From the sequence record SRR22947727_2435: 64,000 bases of DNA. One strand, written 5' to 3'. Below, piece after piece: positions 59,195 to 64,000 of this stretch. A program made the translations under genes and the position numbers. The number at the start of each line of letters is the position of its first letter. The stretch's first letter is position 1. The notes below the pieces were generated by a model that was not told the DNA's origin, ran no database searches, and saw only the letters and a list, made by a program, of their open reading frames with translations.

Positions 59195-60653
59195 GGCCGA
59201 GTTTTTTAGCGGTCGTGGTGAGGGATTTGAGAGCCTTGTCGGGGTCAGCCGCAAGAACTGAGCCATAACTCGGGACCATCTTTTTCAGGGTGGCCCGCCA
59301 CTGGTCAATCCTCTGGGGAAAACATGTCTCCAAGACATCAATCATGATGGGGGCTGCCGTGGAAGCTCCTGGCGATGCTCCTAAAAGGCCGGCGATACTG
59401 CCATCGGCACTTGCCACTACCTCTGTCCCAAACTGGAGAACACCACCCTTCTGGGGGTCAGGCTTAATCACCTGCACTCGTTGACCTGCGGTCAGTTCAT
59501 ACCAATCATCCGGATCAGCGGAGGGGTAGAAATCCCACAGCGCCTGGAGTCGCTGCGATCGTGTCGCGAGAACCTCTTTGATCAGATATGTCACGAGTGA
59601 GAAATTCCCTACAGCGACGCCGAGCAGCGGAATGATGTTGTGCCATCGAATTGACTGGAAGAAATCCGACCAGGATCCCTGCTTGAGAAACTTCGGAGTA
59701 AAGCCGGCGTAGGGACCAAAGAGCAGACTGGTCTGGCCTTCCACAACTCGAGTATCGAGGTGAGGCACCGACATCGGGGGCGCTCCCACACTTGCCTTTC
59801 CATAGACCTTCGCTTTGTGCAGGGCGGCAACCTCAGGGTTATCGCAGCGAAGCCACACTCCGCTCACGGGGAATCCCCCATAGCCCCGAATTTCTGGAAT
59901 CCCAGAGGCTTGCAACAGGTTCAGTGACATTCCCCCGGCGCCCACAAAGACAAATGATGCGTCGACCCAGGAGGGTGTATTTCCAATCTCGGAGTGAATC
60001 TTGAGAGTCCAGCCCTCAGAGTTTCTCTTCAACCCCACAACTTTGTGCTCGGTAAGAGTGCGAAGTCCTCGGGACTCGAGACGCTCCACCAGCATCCTGG
60101 TGAGGGAACCAAAATCAACATCACTGCCGGAGAGGAAACGGGTGGCGGCTAGTGGCTCGCCCTTCTTACGGCCATCGATCAACAGTGGCGCCCACCGTGC
60201 GATGGTGAGCGGATCTTCGGTGTATTCCATGTTGGGGAAGAGGGGGTGGTCTTTGAGGGCCTCGTAGCGCTTCCTCAGATACTCAACGTTCTCAGCCCCC
60301 CACACAAAGCTGAGGTGAGGTGAAGGGTGGATGAAGGATTGCGGGTCGGGAATAACCTTGCTGGAGACAAGCCACGACCAAAACTGTCTCGACACCTGGA
60401 ACTGCTCGTTGACTTTGATAGCACTCTCGGTCGCGACTGTTCCATCGGGCCGCGCCGGGGTGTAGTTCAGTTCACACAGAGCAGAGTGCCCAGTACCTGC
60501 GTTATTCCAGGCATTCGAGCTCTCTTCACCGACTTCCGAAAGCTTCTCAATGAGGAGAATTTTCCAGTCCGGTTCAAGCTCGGAAAGGAGAGTGCCGAGC
60601 GTCGCACTCATGATGCCGCCTCCGACCAACACAGCATCAACTCGTTCGTTCAC
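59184..60653 (-). CDS. mqo: Malate:quinone oxidoreductase
   Basis: GGGIMSATL, NNAGTGHSALCELNY, PPMSVPHLDTR and LGASPGAS motifs. Confidence 0.96.
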   Translation of the reverse strand: MNERVDAVLVGGGIMSATLGTLLSELEPDWKILLIEKLSEVGEESSNAWNNAGTGHSALCELNYTPARPDGTVATESAIKVNEQFQVSRQFWSWLVSSKVIPDPQSFIHPSPHLSFVWGAENVEYLRKRYEALKDHPLFPNMEYTEDPLTIARWAPLLIDGRKKGEPLAATRFLSGSDVDFGSLTRMLVERLESRGLRTLTEHKVVGLKRNSEGWTLKIHSEIGNTPSWVDASFVFVGAGGMSLNLLQASGIPEIRGYGGFPVSGVWLRCDNPEVAALHKAKVYGKASVGAPPMSVPHLDTRVVEGQTSLLFGPYAGFTPKFLKQGSWSDFFQSIRWHNIIPLLGVAVGNFSLVTYLIKEVLATRSQRLQALWDFYPSADPDDWYELTAGQRVQVIKPDPQKGGVLQFGTEVVASADGSIAGLLGASPGASTAAPIMIDVLETCFPQRIDQWRATLKKMVPSYGSVLAADPDKALKSLTTTAKKLGLSV

Positions 60654-60697
60654 ACTGCCCAGTCTAGGACAGCAAGGTTGGCGCTTAGACTGAGGAA

Positions 60698-63785
<3,088 letters not shown>

Positions 63786-63873
63786 GGTTTACTCCAAGCC
63801 CCAGAAAGACCGCGAGAGCGGTCGCGCACCAGGCGATTCTATCGCCCTCATTCCTGGGCCTGTCGATGGGTGT

Positions 63874-64000
63874 TTAGGAAAAAGACCTACGGCCCTCAAA
63901 TGCGCGACCCAGAGTTACCTCGTCGGCGTATTCCAGGTCACCACCAACGGGAAGTCCACTCGCAAGGCGAGTCACAGAGAGCCCTGGCTGAACCAGGAGC
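63874..64000 (-). CDS. recR: Recombination mediator RecR, C-terminal end (gene starts outside window)
   Basis: Manual translation [33 protein letters not shown]. Confidence 0.93.
   Translation of the reverse strand, partial: LLVQPGLSVTRLASGLPVGGDLEYADEVTLGRAFEGRRSFS

Overview
Gene-dense core-genome segment (about 60% GC) of a streamlined actinobacterium. Gene content and order point to Microbacteriaceae, resembling planktonic Pontimonas/Rhodoluna-type organisms (inference). Contents: a nucleoside-type ABC transporter with a nucleoside hydrolase; uxs, manC and ugd sugar-nucleotide genes; sdhCDAB, xth, trpS, glpK; an FMN riboswitch with ribDE-BA-H; pncA, dacB, otsA, tRNA-Thr(TGT), a DsbA-like gene; the msiK RNA motif with msiK and DUF4032; rlmB, cysS, ispDF, carD; regX3/senX3/phoU, gpmA, ygfZ, glnR, ppk1, mutT1; tRNA-Lys(TTT), bcp; metF-metH facing a probable cobalamin ECF importer; a degenerate galK-like gene; mqo, asd, lysC and the 3' end of recR. 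I found no rRNA, CRISPR array, transposase or integrase. The best candidate for an undescribed system is a ~80-nt multi-branched RNA (45146-45223, minus strand) with its own -10 box, lying directly behind an uncharacterised all-helical protein gene. Other notable observations: two small membrane-protein genes missed by the ORF track, a nested lysC-beta start, a shared hairpin family after two ABC-transporter genes, PHO-box-like 11-nt repeats, pervasive leaderless promoters, five convergent gene pairs sharing a CTAG double stop, and three scattered orphan glycosyltransferase-like genes. All calls come from reading the sequence and recalled motifs; no database searches were run.
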